Positions 11,933 to 22,400 of a stretch of 64,000 nucleotides of DNA are shown in pieces. Made by a program: the position numbers and the translations under genes. Position 1 is the first letter of the stretch; each line of letters starts with the position of its first letter. The notes beneath the pieces are model-generated. The model searched no databases. It was not told where the DNA came from and saw nothing but the letters and a program-made list of their open reading frames with translations. This stretch comes from an uncultured Acidobacteriota bacterium (lineage in GTDB: Bacteria; Acidobacteriota; Thermoanaerobaculia; UBA5066; Gp7-AA6), in NCBI GenBank assembly GCA_963724465.1, contig CAVRUT010000003.1:241658-305657 (forward strand). Reading direction: 5' to 3'.

Positions 11933-12832
11933 ATGCTCGCCCTGCTCCTGCTCGTCCTCGCCGGTGCCGCCCCCGCCGCGGGTCCGGAGGCCATCGTGCT
12001 CGGCGTGGCGCAGGACGGCGGTTTCCCTCACCCGGGCTGCCGACAGACCGCCTGCGCCGACGCGCGCAAGGACCCGTCTCGCCGACGCCTGGTCGCCTCG
12101 CTCGGTCTCGTGGACCCGGCCGCCGGCAAGCGCTTCCTCATCGACGCGACACCCGACTTCGGCGAGCAGATGGAACGGCTCGGAGGGATGCCCGACGGCA
12201 TCCTCCTCACGCACGCGCACATCGGCCACTACCTCGGCCTCGCCCAGCTCGGCCGCGAGGTCCTGGGCGCGAAGAAGGCCCCGGTCTACTGCACGCCGTC
12301 CATGGCCAAGTTCCTCCGCGGCAACCTGCCCTGGAGCCGGCTCGTTTCGCTCGGGAACATCGAGATCCGCGAGATCGAGCCGGGCGCCGAGTTCGCGCTG
12401 ACCCCAGATCTCGGCGTCACCGCGATCCGCGTGCCGCACCGAGACGAGGATTCCGACACGGTGGCCTTCCTCGTGCGCGGCCCGAACCGCAAGGTCCTGT
12501 GGCTGCCCGACATCGACCGATGGGAGAGGTGGGACTGCCGGCTCGCCAACTTTCTCGCCGATCCGACGCTGACCGCGTTCGTGGACGGCACCTTCTTCTC
12601 CGCCGACGAGATTCCCGGCCGCTCGCTCGCGGAGATCCCACATCCCCTCGTGCCCGACACGATCGCGCTCCTCGAAACGGGCCCGGCGGCGAAAGGGCGG
12701 CTCGTGTTCGTCCACCTGAACCACACGAACCGGCTGCTCTGGGACGCGGACGCGGTCCGCGCGGTGGAGCGCAGGGGATTCTCGGTCGCCCGTGAGGGAC
12801 AGACGGTCCCGCTCTCCGCGCCGGCGGAGTAA
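11933..12832 (+). CDS. PqqB-like metallo-beta-lactamase-fold protein
   Basis: GVAQDGGFPHPGC...LLTHAHIGHYLGL motifs resembling PqqB. No other pqq genes nearby. Confidence 0.55.
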   Translation: MLALLLLVLAGAAPAAGPEAIVLGVAQDGGFPHPGCRQTACADARKDPSRRRLVASLGLVDPAAGKRFLIDATPDFGEQMERLGGMPDGILLTHAHIGHYLGLAQLGREVLGAKKAPVYCTPSMAKFLRGNLPWSRLVSLGNIEIREIEPGAEFALTPDLGVTAIRVPHRDEDSDTVAFLVRGPNRKVLWLPDIDRWERWDCRLANFLADPTLTAFVDGTFFSADEIPGRSLAEIPHPLVPDTIALLETGPAAKGRLVFVHLNHTNRLLWDADAVRAVERRGFSVAREGQTVPLSAPAE

Positions 12833-12844
12833 GATCGGGTTCCC

Positions 12845-13264
12845 ATGCCCGCGCCTCAACCCGATCCCCCTCCCGTTCTTCCCTGGCGCGGAGCGACGGC
12901 GCGCCACCGGACGGGTTGGCCCGAAGGGTACTGGCGCGTCGTGGTCTGGCGCGGGCTGCGACTGCGCTGTCCCGTCTGCGGCGAGGGCAGGCTCTTCCAG
13001 ACATACTTCCGCATGCACCCGAACTGCCCCCGCTGCGGCGTCGGTTTCGCGCGCGAGCACGGACAGTGGGTGGGTTCTCTCGACATCAACACCTTCGTCG
13101 TGGCGTTCGGCCTGATGATCGCCTCGGCCTTCTCGCCAGACTGGCCGCTGCCCATCACTCTCGCCGTGTGGGGGGCGGCCGCCATCGTCGTGCCCCTCCT
13201 GACGTTTCGATTCTCCCGCGGACTGTGGACGGCGATCGTCCACCTCACCGGCGGCGTGTACTAA
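12845..13264 (+). CDS. DUF983-type zinc-ribbon membrane protein
   Basis: CPVCGEG...CPRCG zinc ribbon followed by two hydrophobic segments. Confidence 0.5.
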   Translation: MPAPQPDPPPVLPWRGATARHRTGWPEGYWRVVVWRGLRLRCPVCGEGRLFQTYFRMHPNCPRCGVGFAREHGQWVGSLDINTFVVAFGLMIASAFSPDWPLPITLAVWGAAAIVVPLLTFRFSRGLWTAIVHLTGGVY

Positions 13265-13522
13265 GGACGCCGGGAATGGGAACGCCGGCCTCGCTGTTAC
13301 TCCCCGGTCGGAAAATCTCGTGAAGAAAAGGAAACCGACCCGGATGACCCAGGAGAAGAAAACCAAGCAACCCCACGGCGCCGAGCGCCGCAACAGCGAT
13401 CGGCGCGCCGACGACCGCCGGGCCCACGCCCGATTCTCGCCGGGAAGCCCCGCCCGCAACGACCGCCGACAGGGCGAGCGGCGCGGCCCCCGCGCGTAGG
13501 CGCGGTCGGTCCTGCCCGCGCG

Positions 13523-13945
13523 TCAGCCGGGCGGCAGCTGCTCGTACACCGCCGTCAGGCGCGCCGCGATCTCCGGCGCCGACCGCCCCTCGATCTCCTG
13601 CCTCTGGAGGAGGAAGAGGAGCTCTCCGCCCGAGAGGATCGCGACCTGGGGCGAGGACGGCGGCCTGCCGCCGAAGTAGCCGCGCGCTTTCGCCGTGGCC
13701 TCCATGTCCTGGCCGGCGAACACGGTCGCGAGCCGGCGCGGCGCCTTCGGGTGAGACAGCGACATGAGGACCCCGGGACGCGCGATGCCGGCCGCGCAGC
13801 CGCAGATCGAGTTCACGACGAGGAGCAGCGGCCCGTCGGCGGCGCCGATCTCGGCCTGGACGTCTTCGCTGGTTCGCAACTCCTTGAAGCCGGCCCGGGT
13901 CAGCTCCTCCCGCATCGAGGCGGTCATGTGCGGGTCGTAGGGCAT
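13523..13945 (-). CDS. Bacilliredoxin-like (YphP/YqiW, DUF1094) thiol-disulfide oxidoreductase
   Basis: MPYDPHMTASMREELTRAGFKELRT...LLLVVNSICGCAAG CGC motif. The protein is embedded at the end of an otherwise junk 1004-aa antisense ORF. Confidence 0.55.
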   Translation of the reverse strand: MPYDPHMTASMREELTRAGFKELRTSEDVQAEIGAADGPLLLVVNSICGCAAGIARPGVLMSLSHPKAPRRLATVFAGQDMEATAKARGYFGGRPPSSPQVAILSGGELLFLLQRQEIEGRSAPEIAARLTAVYEQLPPG

Positions 13946-14020
13946 GGGGACCTCCCCTCGCACCTTACAGCAACTTCCGGAAACCCGGTATCCTACGCGC
14001 CGCACCGAAGAACTCCGTTC

Positions 14021-15229
14021 ATGGAACTGACACGACGCCGCTGGATGACCGCCACCGGGGCCGCCGCCGCCGCGGCGCTGGCGCCCGGCCGCTCCGGCGC
14101 CGCCTTGGCCGCCCCGCCGGCGCTTCCGCCGGCTCTCGCGCCCGACGCCTTCCGCGAGCGCCAGTCGAGGCTGCGCGCCTCGGCGAAGGCGTCCGGCATG
14201 GCCGCGCTCTTCGTGACTCCGTCGACCAACCTCGCCTATGCCGCCAACCTCGCGATCGGACGCAGCGAACGGCTCACGGCCCTCGTCCTTTTCGTCGACG
14301 GTCCTCCCGCCGTCCTCGTGACCCCCTTCTTCGAGGCCGAGAACCACCGTCGCGATGCGGTCGTGGACGACGTCGTCACGTGGAGGGAGGACGAGAACCC
14401 GATCGCGGTGGTGGCCCGTCTTCTCGGCAGAGCGGGCGCCGTCGGCATCGAAGGCACGACCGCCTACGACACGGTCACGCTCCTCGAGGCGGCAGGCCCC
14501 GTCGAGGCGCGCGACGCGACCGGGACCTTCGAAGCGCTGCGCCGGGTCAAGAGCCCGGAGGAGCAGGCGTTCATCCGCGACGCGGCGCGGCGCACGAACC
14601 TCGCCATCGAGGCGACCCACCGCGGGCTCGCGGCCGGAAAGACCGAGGGCCAGATCTCCGCCCTCCTCGAGTCCGAGTTCCAGGCCCTCGGGGTGCGCGG
14701 GGGCGGCCTCGTGCAATTCGGGCCCTCCGCGGCCTTTCCGCACGGGGGGCCGGGCGAGCGGCGCCTCGCCAAAGGCGACGTTGTCCTGATCGACGCCGGC
14801 TGCAAGGTGCGCGGATACACCTCCGACGTGACCCGCACCGTGGCGTTCGGAGCGCCGCCGGACGACGTGCGCCGCGTCTACGCCGCGGTGGACCGGGCAC
14901 AACGGGCGGGGATCGAGGCGCTGCACGCCGGGGCCACCGGCGAGGAGGTGGACCGCGCCGCCCGCCGGGTCATCGAGGATGCGGGCTACGGCGACGCCTT
15001 CACGCACCGCCTCGGCCACGGCCTCGGCATGGACGGCCACGAGCCGCCCTACCTCGTCCGCGGAAACGGGGCGCCGCTCTCGGCCGGCAACACCGTCACG
15101 GTCGAGCCCGGGATCTACCTGCCCGGAAAGTTCGGAGTTCGCATCGAGGACGACTACGCGGTCCGCGAGTCGGCGCCGCCGGGAAGCCTTTCGGTGCGGC
15201 CGACCGAGATCGTCGTCCTGAAGCCCTGA
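14021..15229 (+). CDS. M24-family Xaa-Pro dipeptidase/aminopeptidase with a Tat signal peptide
   Basis: MELTRRRWMTATGAAAAAALAPG twin-arginine signal; metal-ligand motifs (DAGCKVRGYTSDVTRT, HGLGHGLGMDGHE, VEPGIY). Confidence 0.7.
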   Translation: MELTRRRWMTATGAAAAAALAPGRSGAALAAPPALPPALAPDAFRERQSRLRASAKASGMAALFVTPSTNLAYAANLAIGRSERLTALVLFVDGPPAVLVTPFFEAENHRRDAVVDDVVTWREDENPIAVVARLLGRAGAVGIEGTTAYDTVTLLEAAGPVEARDATGTFEALRRVKSPEEQAFIRDAARRTNLAIEATHRGLAAGKTEGQISALLESEFQALGVRGGGLVQFGPSAAFPHGGPGERRLAKGDVVLIDAGCKVRGYTSDVTRTVAFGAPPDDVRRVYAAVDRAQRAGIEALHAGATGEEVDRAARRVIEDAGYGDAFTHRLGHGLGMDGHEPPYLVRGNGAPLSAGNTVTVEPGIYLPGKFGVRIEDDYAVRESAPPGSLSVRPTEIVVLKP

Positions 15230-15238
15230 GGGGAACCC

Positions 15239-16489
15239 ATGCTTCACGCCGCGCTTACGACGCTCCTCGCTCTGCAGGCGGCCTCCGCTTCGCCGAACGT
15301 GGAGCAGCCCGGGGCCGGGCCGGCAGCGGTCGCTCCGGCCGCCCCAGCCTCGGCCGACGAAACATCCTCGACCGCGCCCGGGTCGCCCACTCCACGGGTT
15401 CCCGGCACGACCCCGACGCCCGGGCCGCGCCGCTCGCCCACGCCCCGACCGAAGGAGTCGCCCGGCAGCCTGCTCGTCGTGAACAAGACCGACGACACCG
15501 TTTCGATCCTGGACTCCGCGACGGGCAAGACCCGCACTACGGTCGCCGTCGAGGCCGGACCGCACGAGGTCGAGCTGCTGGCCGACGGCCGCGTGGCGGC
15601 GGTCGCTAGCTACGGGCGCAGGAACGAGCCGGGGCGCATGGTCTCGCTCATCGAACCCGCCTCCGGAAGAGTCATTTCCCGCGTTGACATCGGCGAGGGC
15701 TCGCGCCCGCACGCGCTGAAGGCCCTTCCGGACGGCCGCCTCCTCGTCACGGCCGAGGGCAGGCGCGAGCTCGTCGTCGTGGACCCGAGCACGGCGAAAG
15801 TGACGGCGCGTTTTCCCACCGGTCACGACGTCTCGCACATGGTGGCCGCCTCCCCCGACGGCAAGCGCGCCTACGTCACGTCGCTTGCGGGCGGCTCGGT
15901 GACGGTCATCGACCTCGCTTCGGGCAAGGTCGTCAAGGACGTCCCGACGGGCAAGGGGGCCGAGGGCCTCGACGCGACACCCGACGGCCGCGAAGTCTGG
16001 GTCGCCAACCGCGACGCGAACACGATCACCGTGATCGACGTCAAGACCCTCGCCCCAGTCCTTACGATCCAGGCGTCGGAGTTCCCGATCCGCGTAAAGA
16101 TCACGCCCGATGGGCGTCGCGCGCTCGTGACCTTCACCGGCTCCGGCGACGTGCGCGTCTACGACACGGCCAGTCGAGTCGAGACCGCACGAATCCCGAT
16201 CGGGCGCGAGGCCGTCGCGGGAACCGAGAAGCGCGTGTTCCAGAGGCGATTCGGCGCCAGCCCGGCCCCGGTCGGCCTCCTGATCTCGCCCGACGGCAAG
16301 CGCGCCTACGTTTCCGCGACGCACGCCGACGTCGTGGCCGTCATCGATCTCGAAAAGCTGCGGGTCGAGGACGCCTGGACGGCCGGACGCGAGCCGGACG
16401 GGCTGGCGGGCACCTTCTCCACAAAGCCACCCGGGGAGGCGCCCAAGACCCCGGCCCCCCGCCGCGCAACGACGCGCCGCCCCGGTTAG
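15239..16489 (+). CDS. Secreted YVTN-type beta-propeller repeat protein with a Pro/Thr-rich linker
   Basis: Signal peptide, a PTPGPRRSPTPRP linker, and repeated ...DG(K/R)xxYV(T/A)...V(I/V)D blade motifs. Confidence 0.55.
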   Translation: MLHAALTTLLALQAASASPNVEQPGAGPAAVAPAAPASADETSSTAPGSPTPRVPGTTPTPGPRRSPTPRPKESPGSLLVVNKTDDTVSILDSATGKTRTTVAVEAGPHEVELLADGRVAAVASYGRRNEPGRMVSLIEPASGRVISRVDIGEGSRPHALKALPDGRLLVTAEGRRELVVVDPSTAKVTARFPTGHDVSHMVAASPDGKRAYVTSLAGGSVTVIDLASGKVVKDVPTGKGAEGLDATPDGREVWVANRDANTITVIDVKTLAPVLTIQASEFPIRVKITPDGRRALVTFTGSGDVRVYDTASRVETARIPIGREAVAGTEKRVFQRRFGASPAPVGLLISPDGKRAYVSATHADVVAVIDLEKLRVEDAWTAGREPDGLAGTFSTKPPGEAPKTPAPRRATTRRPG

Positions 16490-16628
16490 CTTGCCGTCGA
16501 ACGCCGGCGCGCTTCGCGCGCGGCACTCCAGCCCCACGGGTCGCAGGCGTTAGAGTTCCTCCATCGCCAACGACCTTCCGACCCGGCTCGACTCGGTCGA
16601 CGTCCTGCGCGGCGCCACCATCGCCGGC

Positions 16629-17660
16629 ATGATCGTCGTCAACGACCCGGGCTCCTGGTCGGCCGTCTACCCGCAGCTCCTGCATGCGGAATGGAACGGC
16701 TGGACGTACACGGACACGATCTTCCCTTTCTTTCTCTTTCTCGTCGGCGTCTCCATGGCGCTTTCCTTCGGCCGACGGCGCTCGGAAGGAGCGGCCCCGG
16801 GAGACCTGTACCGGCACGTCGCCGCCCGCGCCGCGGTCATCGTCGGCCTCGGTCTCGCCCTGAACGCCGCCGGTTCTCTCGCCCTTCACGGGGACCACCT
16901 GCGATTCCCGGGCGTGCTGCAGCGTATCGGGCTCTGCGTTCTCTTCGGCGGCGCGATCTTTCTTGCCGGCGGCGCGCGAGCCGCGGCGTGGTCCTCCGCC
17001 GCGCTGCTGGTCGGATACTGGGCGCTTCTCGGAGCCGGGCCGCTCGATCCCGAGCGCAACGTCGCGGCTCGTCTCGACGCCATGGTCTTCGGTGCGCACA
17101 CGTGGAAGCCGGGTTGGGATCCGGAGGGGCTTCTTTCGACGCTGCCGGCGATCGCGACCACCCTTTTCGGCGCGCTCGCCGGGGAATGGCTTCGGCGGGA
17201 GGGATCTACGCGGCGCGCCCTCGGCGGGCTCTTCGCAGCCGGCGTCGCCGCCGCCGCCGCCGGCCTCCTGTGGGGCGCCGTCTTCCCGATCAACAAGAGC
17301 GTCTGGACGTCTTCCTACTCGCTGCTGATGTCGGGGCTCGCCGGCGCGAGCCTTGCCGCCTGCGTCTGGATCGTGGACGTGCGCGGATGGAAGCGGTGGG
17401 CGGCGCCTCTTCTCTGGCTCGGCCGCAACGCGATCGCCGCCTTCATGCTCTCGACGCTCGGGGCCATCGCGCTTCTGGCCGTGAAGGTCCACGGGCCGGA
17501 CGGAAAGCCGCGCTCGCTGTGGACCGCGATCTTCAGGACGGGCTTCGACCGTTTCGCCGATCCGCGGCTCGGATCGCTTCTCTTCGCCCTCGCGTACCTC
17601 GGCGTGTGGATGGCGGTCTTCGGCCTGCTCTACCGGAAGCGGATCTTCCTGAAGATCTGA
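16629..17660 (+). CDS. DUF1624/HGSNAT-like transmembrane acyltransferase; the true start is probably upstream
   Basis: MIVVNDPGSWSAVYP... with multiple TM helices. The family-typical N-terminal motif ...RLDSVDVLRGATIAG lies in-frame upstream of the first canonical start and directly after a TAG. Confidence 0.55.
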   Translation: MIVVNDPGSWSAVYPQLLHAEWNGWTYTDTIFPFFLFLVGVSMALSFGRRRSEGAAPGDLYRHVAARAAVIVGLGLALNAAGSLALHGDHLRFPGVLQRIGLCVLFGGAIFLAGGARAAAWSSAALLVGYWALLGAGPLDPERNVAARLDAMVFGAHTWKPGWDPEGLLSTLPAIATTLFGALAGEWLRREGSTRRALGGLFAAGVAAAAAGLLWGAVFPINKSVWTSSYSLLMSGLAGASLAACVWIVDVRGWKRWAAPLLWLGRNAIAAFMLSTLGAIALLAVKVHGPDGKPRSLWTAIFRTGFDRFADPRLGSLLFALAYLGVWMAVFGLLYRKRIFLKI

Positions 17661-17670
17661 CGGCGCTTCG

Positions 17671-18453
17671 TCACGCGGGCTGGAAGATCGAGAACGTCGC
17701 CCCCTGCGGATCCTGGACGACCGCGAAACGGCCGACCTTCGGGATGTCCTTCGGTCCGAAGAAGACTCTCCCGCCCAGTGACTTTGCCTTCGCGGCGGAG
17801 GCGTCGCAGTCGGCGACCTGCCAGTAGAGGCCCCAGGAGGGAGGCATGACGCCCATCTCCGGGCGGATCGGGAGAATTCCGCCGATCGAGCGCCCCTTGA
17901 GCTCGAGCTCGGTGTAGTCCGTGCCCGGGTCGGTCGACTCTTTCAGGCCCCATCCGAAGAGGCTCGAGTAGAAATCCTTGGCGCCGGCGCCGTCCCGGGT
18001 CGCCAGCTCCAACCAGCAGAAGGCGCTTGGCTCGTTGACGCGCTGGGCGCCGATGTGGGTCCCGGCCTGCCAGACCGCCAGCGTCGCCCCGGAAGTGTCC
18101 TGCAGGATCGCCATCCGCCCGTAGTCCTGGACGTCGAAGGGCTCGGCGATGACGCGGCCGCCGAGAGCCTTCGACTTCGCCGCCGCCTCGTCGGCGCTCT
18201 CGACGGTCACGTAACAGAGCCAGAAGGGCGGGGCCCCCTGCGCCTCGACCTCCTTCATCATCCGGTAGAGGGCCCCCACGTCTTTGCCGCCCGACTGGAG
18301 GCGCGTGTACACGTCCTCGGGGCCGGGACCCATCGGGCCGTCGGTGAAGGTCCAGCCGAAGAGCGAGGCGTAGAACGCCTTGGCCCCCTTCGTGTCGGTG
18401 GTCGCCAGCTCTGCCCACGAGAACGATCCGGGCTCGTGGCGGGTCACCTCGGT
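17671..18453 (-). CDS. Tandem VOC (glyoxalase/bleomycin-resistance fold) protein
   Basis: Two repeats of ...AKAFYASLFGW.../...AKDFYSSLFGW... Start taken at MTEVTRHEPG. Confidence 0.6.
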   Translation of the reverse strand, partial: TEVTRHEPGSFSWAELATTDTKGAKAFYASLFGWTFTDGPMGPGPEDVYTRLQSGGKDVGALYRMMKEVEAQGAPPFWLCYVTVESADEAAAKSKALGGRVIAEPFDVQDYGRMAILQDTSGATLAVWQAGTHIGAQRVNEPSAFCWLELATRDGAGAKDFYSSLFGWGLKESTDPGTDYTELELKGRSIGGILPIRPEMGVMPPSWGLYWQVADCDASAAKAKSLGGRVFFGPKDIPKVGRFAVVQDPQGATFSIFQPA

Positions 18454-18529
18454 CATGAGAGCCTCCTGTTTCGGAGTGATTCGAAGGAATCCGGCGAAAG
18501 TTTCGGGCGCCCGGTTAGAATCCCGGGCC

Positions 18530-19420
18530 ATGAAGAAATCCGGTGAGAAGAAGGCCGACAAGGTCATTGCGCGCTGCCGGGTCGAGCCCGGAAAGAAGTT
18601 CCGCCTGAAGCACTGCGATCCGGCCGACACGGCCGGCCTTTCGCTCGAGGGAAGGGAAGCGAAGGAGCTGCTGGCTCGGGGGGTCGACATGCTCGCGGAC
18701 CTGCAGGGAAAGCTCTATGCCCAGGACCGCTGGGGGGTTCTCCTCGTCTTCCAGGCGATGGACGCCGCCGGCAAGGACGGCACGATCAAGCACGTGATGT
18801 CCGGCGTCAACCCGCAGGGCGTCCAGGTCTACTCCTTCAAGTCTCCCTCCTCCGAGGAGCTCGACCACGACTTCCTGTGGCGGACGATGAAGTGCGTGCC
18901 CGAGCGGGGCCGGATCGGCATCTTCAACCGCTCGTACTACGAAGAGGTCCTCGTCGTGCGGGTCCACCCCGAGTTTCTCGGGGCGCAGAAGCTTCCGCCC
19001 GAACTCGTGACGAAGAAGATCTTCAAGGAACGCTTCGAGGACATCAACGGGTTCGAGCGCTACCTCTCGCGCAACGGCTACCTCATCCTCAAGTTCTTCC
19101 TGAACGTCTCCAAGAAGGAGCAGAAGAAGCGGTTCCTGGAGCGGCTGGAGCTGCCCGACAAGAACTGGAAGTTCTCGATCAACGACGCGAAGGAGCGCGA
19201 GTTTTGGGACGACTACATGACGGCCTACGAGGACATGATCGAGGCCACCAGCACCGACTGGGCGCCGTGGCACGTCGTGCCGGCCGACAACAAGTGGTTC
19301 ACGCGGATCGCGGTCGCGGCCACCGTGATCCGGGCCCTCGAGAAGTTGAACCTCGCCTATCCGAAGGTCGACGAGGCCAAGCGCAGGGAGCTGGCCCAGG
19401 TCCGCAAGGCCCTCAAGTAG
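18530..19420 (+). CDS. Polyphosphate kinase 2 (PPK2) family protein
   Basis: GKDGTIKHV Walker-A-like motif, DRSYYEEVLV, WAPWHVVPADNKW. Confidence 0.75.
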   Translation: MKKSGEKKADKVIARCRVEPGKKFRLKHCDPADTAGLSLEGREAKELLARGVDMLADLQGKLYAQDRWGVLLVFQAMDAAGKDGTIKHVMSGVNPQGVQVYSFKSPSSEELDHDFLWRTMKCVPERGRIGIFNRSYYEEVLVVRVHPEFLGAQKLPPELVTKKIFKERFEDINGFERYLSRNGYLILKFFLNVSKKEQKKRFLERLELPDKNWKFSINDAKEREFWDDYMTAYEDMIEATSTDWAPWHVVPADNKWFTRIAVAATVIRALEKLNLAYPKVDEAKRRELAQVRKALK

Positions 19421-19475
19421 ACGTCGACAGGCCGCTGCCGCTCGCCGGGCGCCGGCCTCGTCGCGAAGTTCTAGC

Positions 19476-22400
19476 TCAATCCGCCGTCCACCGGCCGGGC
19501 GCCAGCATCGCGGTCATGCGCTCTGGGTTCTGGATGAGCTCGCTGCGCATCCAGGAGTCCGCGGCCTCGATGAACGCCCGCCCCTCCTCGCCACCGAGCA
19601 GAAGGCCGCGGCAGCGCCGCGCGGCGGCGGCGTAAAGGGCCATCTTCGCGGCATCGAAGCCCGCCGCGGCCACGGCCAGCCTCTCGAGCGCCTCGTCCCT
19701 ATCTCTCCGGAGCGAAGCGACGCCGGCGCGCAGCAAGGTAGCGAACGGGTCTCCCCAGTGCGACTTCTCCCGCTGAAGCCTCCTCGCGTCCCGAGCCGTC
19801 TCCCTCAAGAGTTTGCCTTGGCTCGAGGCGGAGAGGTTCGTCCCGTTCGCTGCTGCCAACGAGCACCGCCCGCGCAGGTGAAGGGCCTCTATGCGAAAGA
19901 ACTGGGGCCGAAGGAGCAGCGATTGCTTCAGAAATGTCCACTGCTCTTGCAGGCCGGCCCGAGCCGCCTGACCCGACTTCTCGTAGAGCAGCGTTTCAAT
20001 CTCCCCGATGAGAAGGAAGTAATGCTGAAGGTAAAAGCTCTGATGCGACCACTGCGCAGCCGCGCGGCGTGCCTCGGCGCGCGCAGCGCGTGGATCGTTC
20101 GCCATCAGGTTTACGACATAGGAGAACCGCGCGCGCATCCCGGTTGCGGCAAAGAGATCGCCCCTTTCTCCCGCTTCCTTCAGCAGATTCGGCAAGCGCT
20201 CTGCAAGGGTGCGCAGGCGCCCCATGAAGACGAGTGCGCGCAGAGAATACATATGAGCCGTGTCGAGCTCCCAGGCCACTCCAGTACACTGAGTCCGAAG
20301 AATTTCTTCCGCATGCTGAGCGAGCTCCCAGCCCGGCTCCCAGCGCCCTTCCAGATACGCTGCGATACCGGCAGTCACATACGCCATTCCAAGCGCATGC
20401 GGATGTTTAACGGCCTCCGCCAGAGCCATCGCACGCGACACCAAGACCTGAGTGCGCCGTCGGGCGGCGGAGCCACCAAAGGCCGCCGTATAGGCGGCCT
20501 CCGGCCCCATCGCTCGCGCGACGCGGTACGGTTCTCCCGCGCGGAGGGCCAACAGCATGTGCCGCGTCTGGAAGTCGCGCCCTCGAATGGTGTCAATCTG
20601 AGAAAGGCCTGCTGCAATCGACCAGCAGGTATCGATGCGGATGAGATCTTCGGCCGGGATCTCGGTCGCAGCCCGCTCGCGAAACGAGAGCCCACGGAGT
20701 CGCAGCTGGACTCGGTGAAGAAGAGATGACAACAGCGCCATCCGCGGTGTCGCCGGCAGCTTCATTCCGATGCGATCGAGCACCTGACGAAGGACTGTGA
20801 GCCCTTCGTCGACGTGGCCGCTTCTCAGTAATTGTTCCGCCCCTCGTCGCTGGAGCTCGAGAGTCTCAGCCGCACTTGCCCCCTCAGCGGCCGCCAGATA
20901 AGCGTGCGCCGCCTCAGCGCCGCGCCCCGCGTTCGCGAGCGCGTCACCAAGCCTGACACGGAGGTTCTGGCGCGCGACCGAGTCCGACGTCCCGAGCTCC
21001 AGAGCGAGCTTATAGAGTCGCGCGGCGCGGTCGAACGCGAGCGCTTCGGTTGCCTTCGCCGCGGCGTCGGCCGCATAGATCGCGGCCCGCTCCTTTGATC
21101 CGCCGCCCTGATAATGGATCGCCAGGGTTTCTGGATCGGGGATGCTGGAGCTCTCGAGAGCGAAGGCGAGCCTCTGGTGCGCGGTCTCGCGGTCCTGCGG
21201 CGAGAGGCGAGCAACCACTGTCTGGCGAATCCGGTCGTGGTAGATCTCGATCTTGTCCTCGGAGACGCCGCCCGCGCCGCGAATCCAGTGCCCGACCCGC
21301 AGGACCGCCAGGGCCGGCTGGTCGTCCTCAGCGATGCCCGCCGCGCGGCGCGCGGCACCGCGCTCGATCGGCTGGCCGGCGACGGCGACCGTCTCGAGCA
21401 GCTGCCGTGCGTTCTCGGGCAGGCGCGCCGCCCGCGCCCAGATCACGTCGTCGAGGCGCACGGCGCCGCCCGACAGATTCGCCGCCGCTTCCCCGAGCTC
21501 GGCACCCTCGCGGACGTGCCGCGCGAGCTCGTCGATGAAGAACGGGTTTCCCCGGGACTCGCGCGCGATCGAACAAGCGGAGCCCGGGGCGGAGGGCAGG
21601 GCCTCCAGAAGCGCTCCCGCGAGTTCCTCGGCCTCCCGTTCGGGGAGCTCGCCGACGACGAGCTCCCGAACCTCGAGCTCCGGCGAGCCGGCCGTGCGCA
21701 GGCCGAGCAGCGTCTTCCAGAGAAGGTTGTCGGACTCTGCCTCGACGCGGAAGCATCCGACGAGCAGGAGCGGCGGCGAATCGGGCGGGCGCAGGAGCTC
21801 CGAAAGCAGCGCCGCGCTGTCCGCGTCCCCCCACTGCAGGTCGTCGATGAAGAGGACGAGCGGGGCGGCGTCCGCGATCCGGCCGAGGAGCTCCCGCAGC
21901 GCCCGGAATCCCCGGCGTCGCTGCTCGAGCGAGTCCGGGATTGCGACGACGCGGCGGCGTGCCAGGGCCACGGCTTCCACCTGCCGTAGCACGGGGAAGA
22001 GGCGCACGAGAGCGAGTAGGTCGCGTGGCAAGAGCGCTTCGGCCTCGCTCTGAGGCAGCCGCCGCAGGTACTGGGAGAGGGCGTCCACGAGGCTGTCGAG
22101 GGCCTTGTAGGGCACGGTCTCCTGCTCATAAGAGCGGCCCGAGAGGATGACGGCGGCCGCGTCGCCGTGGCGAACGCCCTCCACGAACCGGCGCACGAGC
22201 GCGGTCTTGCCGATCCCGGAGCTGCCGCGCACGAGCGCGGCGACGGCGCGGCCCTCCTTCGTGAGGGCGAACGCCGCGTCGAGCTCGGCCAGCTCCTCCA
22301 GCCGGCCGACGAAGGGGGCGGCGCGCGTGGGAGCCGCGCCGGGTACGGGAGTTGGCGGCTGGGCTCTCGTCGGCGCGGGCGCACCCTCGAGCCGCCGGAG

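Noticed and set aside
13523-16537. 1004-aa minus-strand ORF
   Set aside because: Only its last roughly 140 codons (the bacilliredoxin-like gene) are protein-like. The rest is antisense to the M24 peptidase and YVTN genes.
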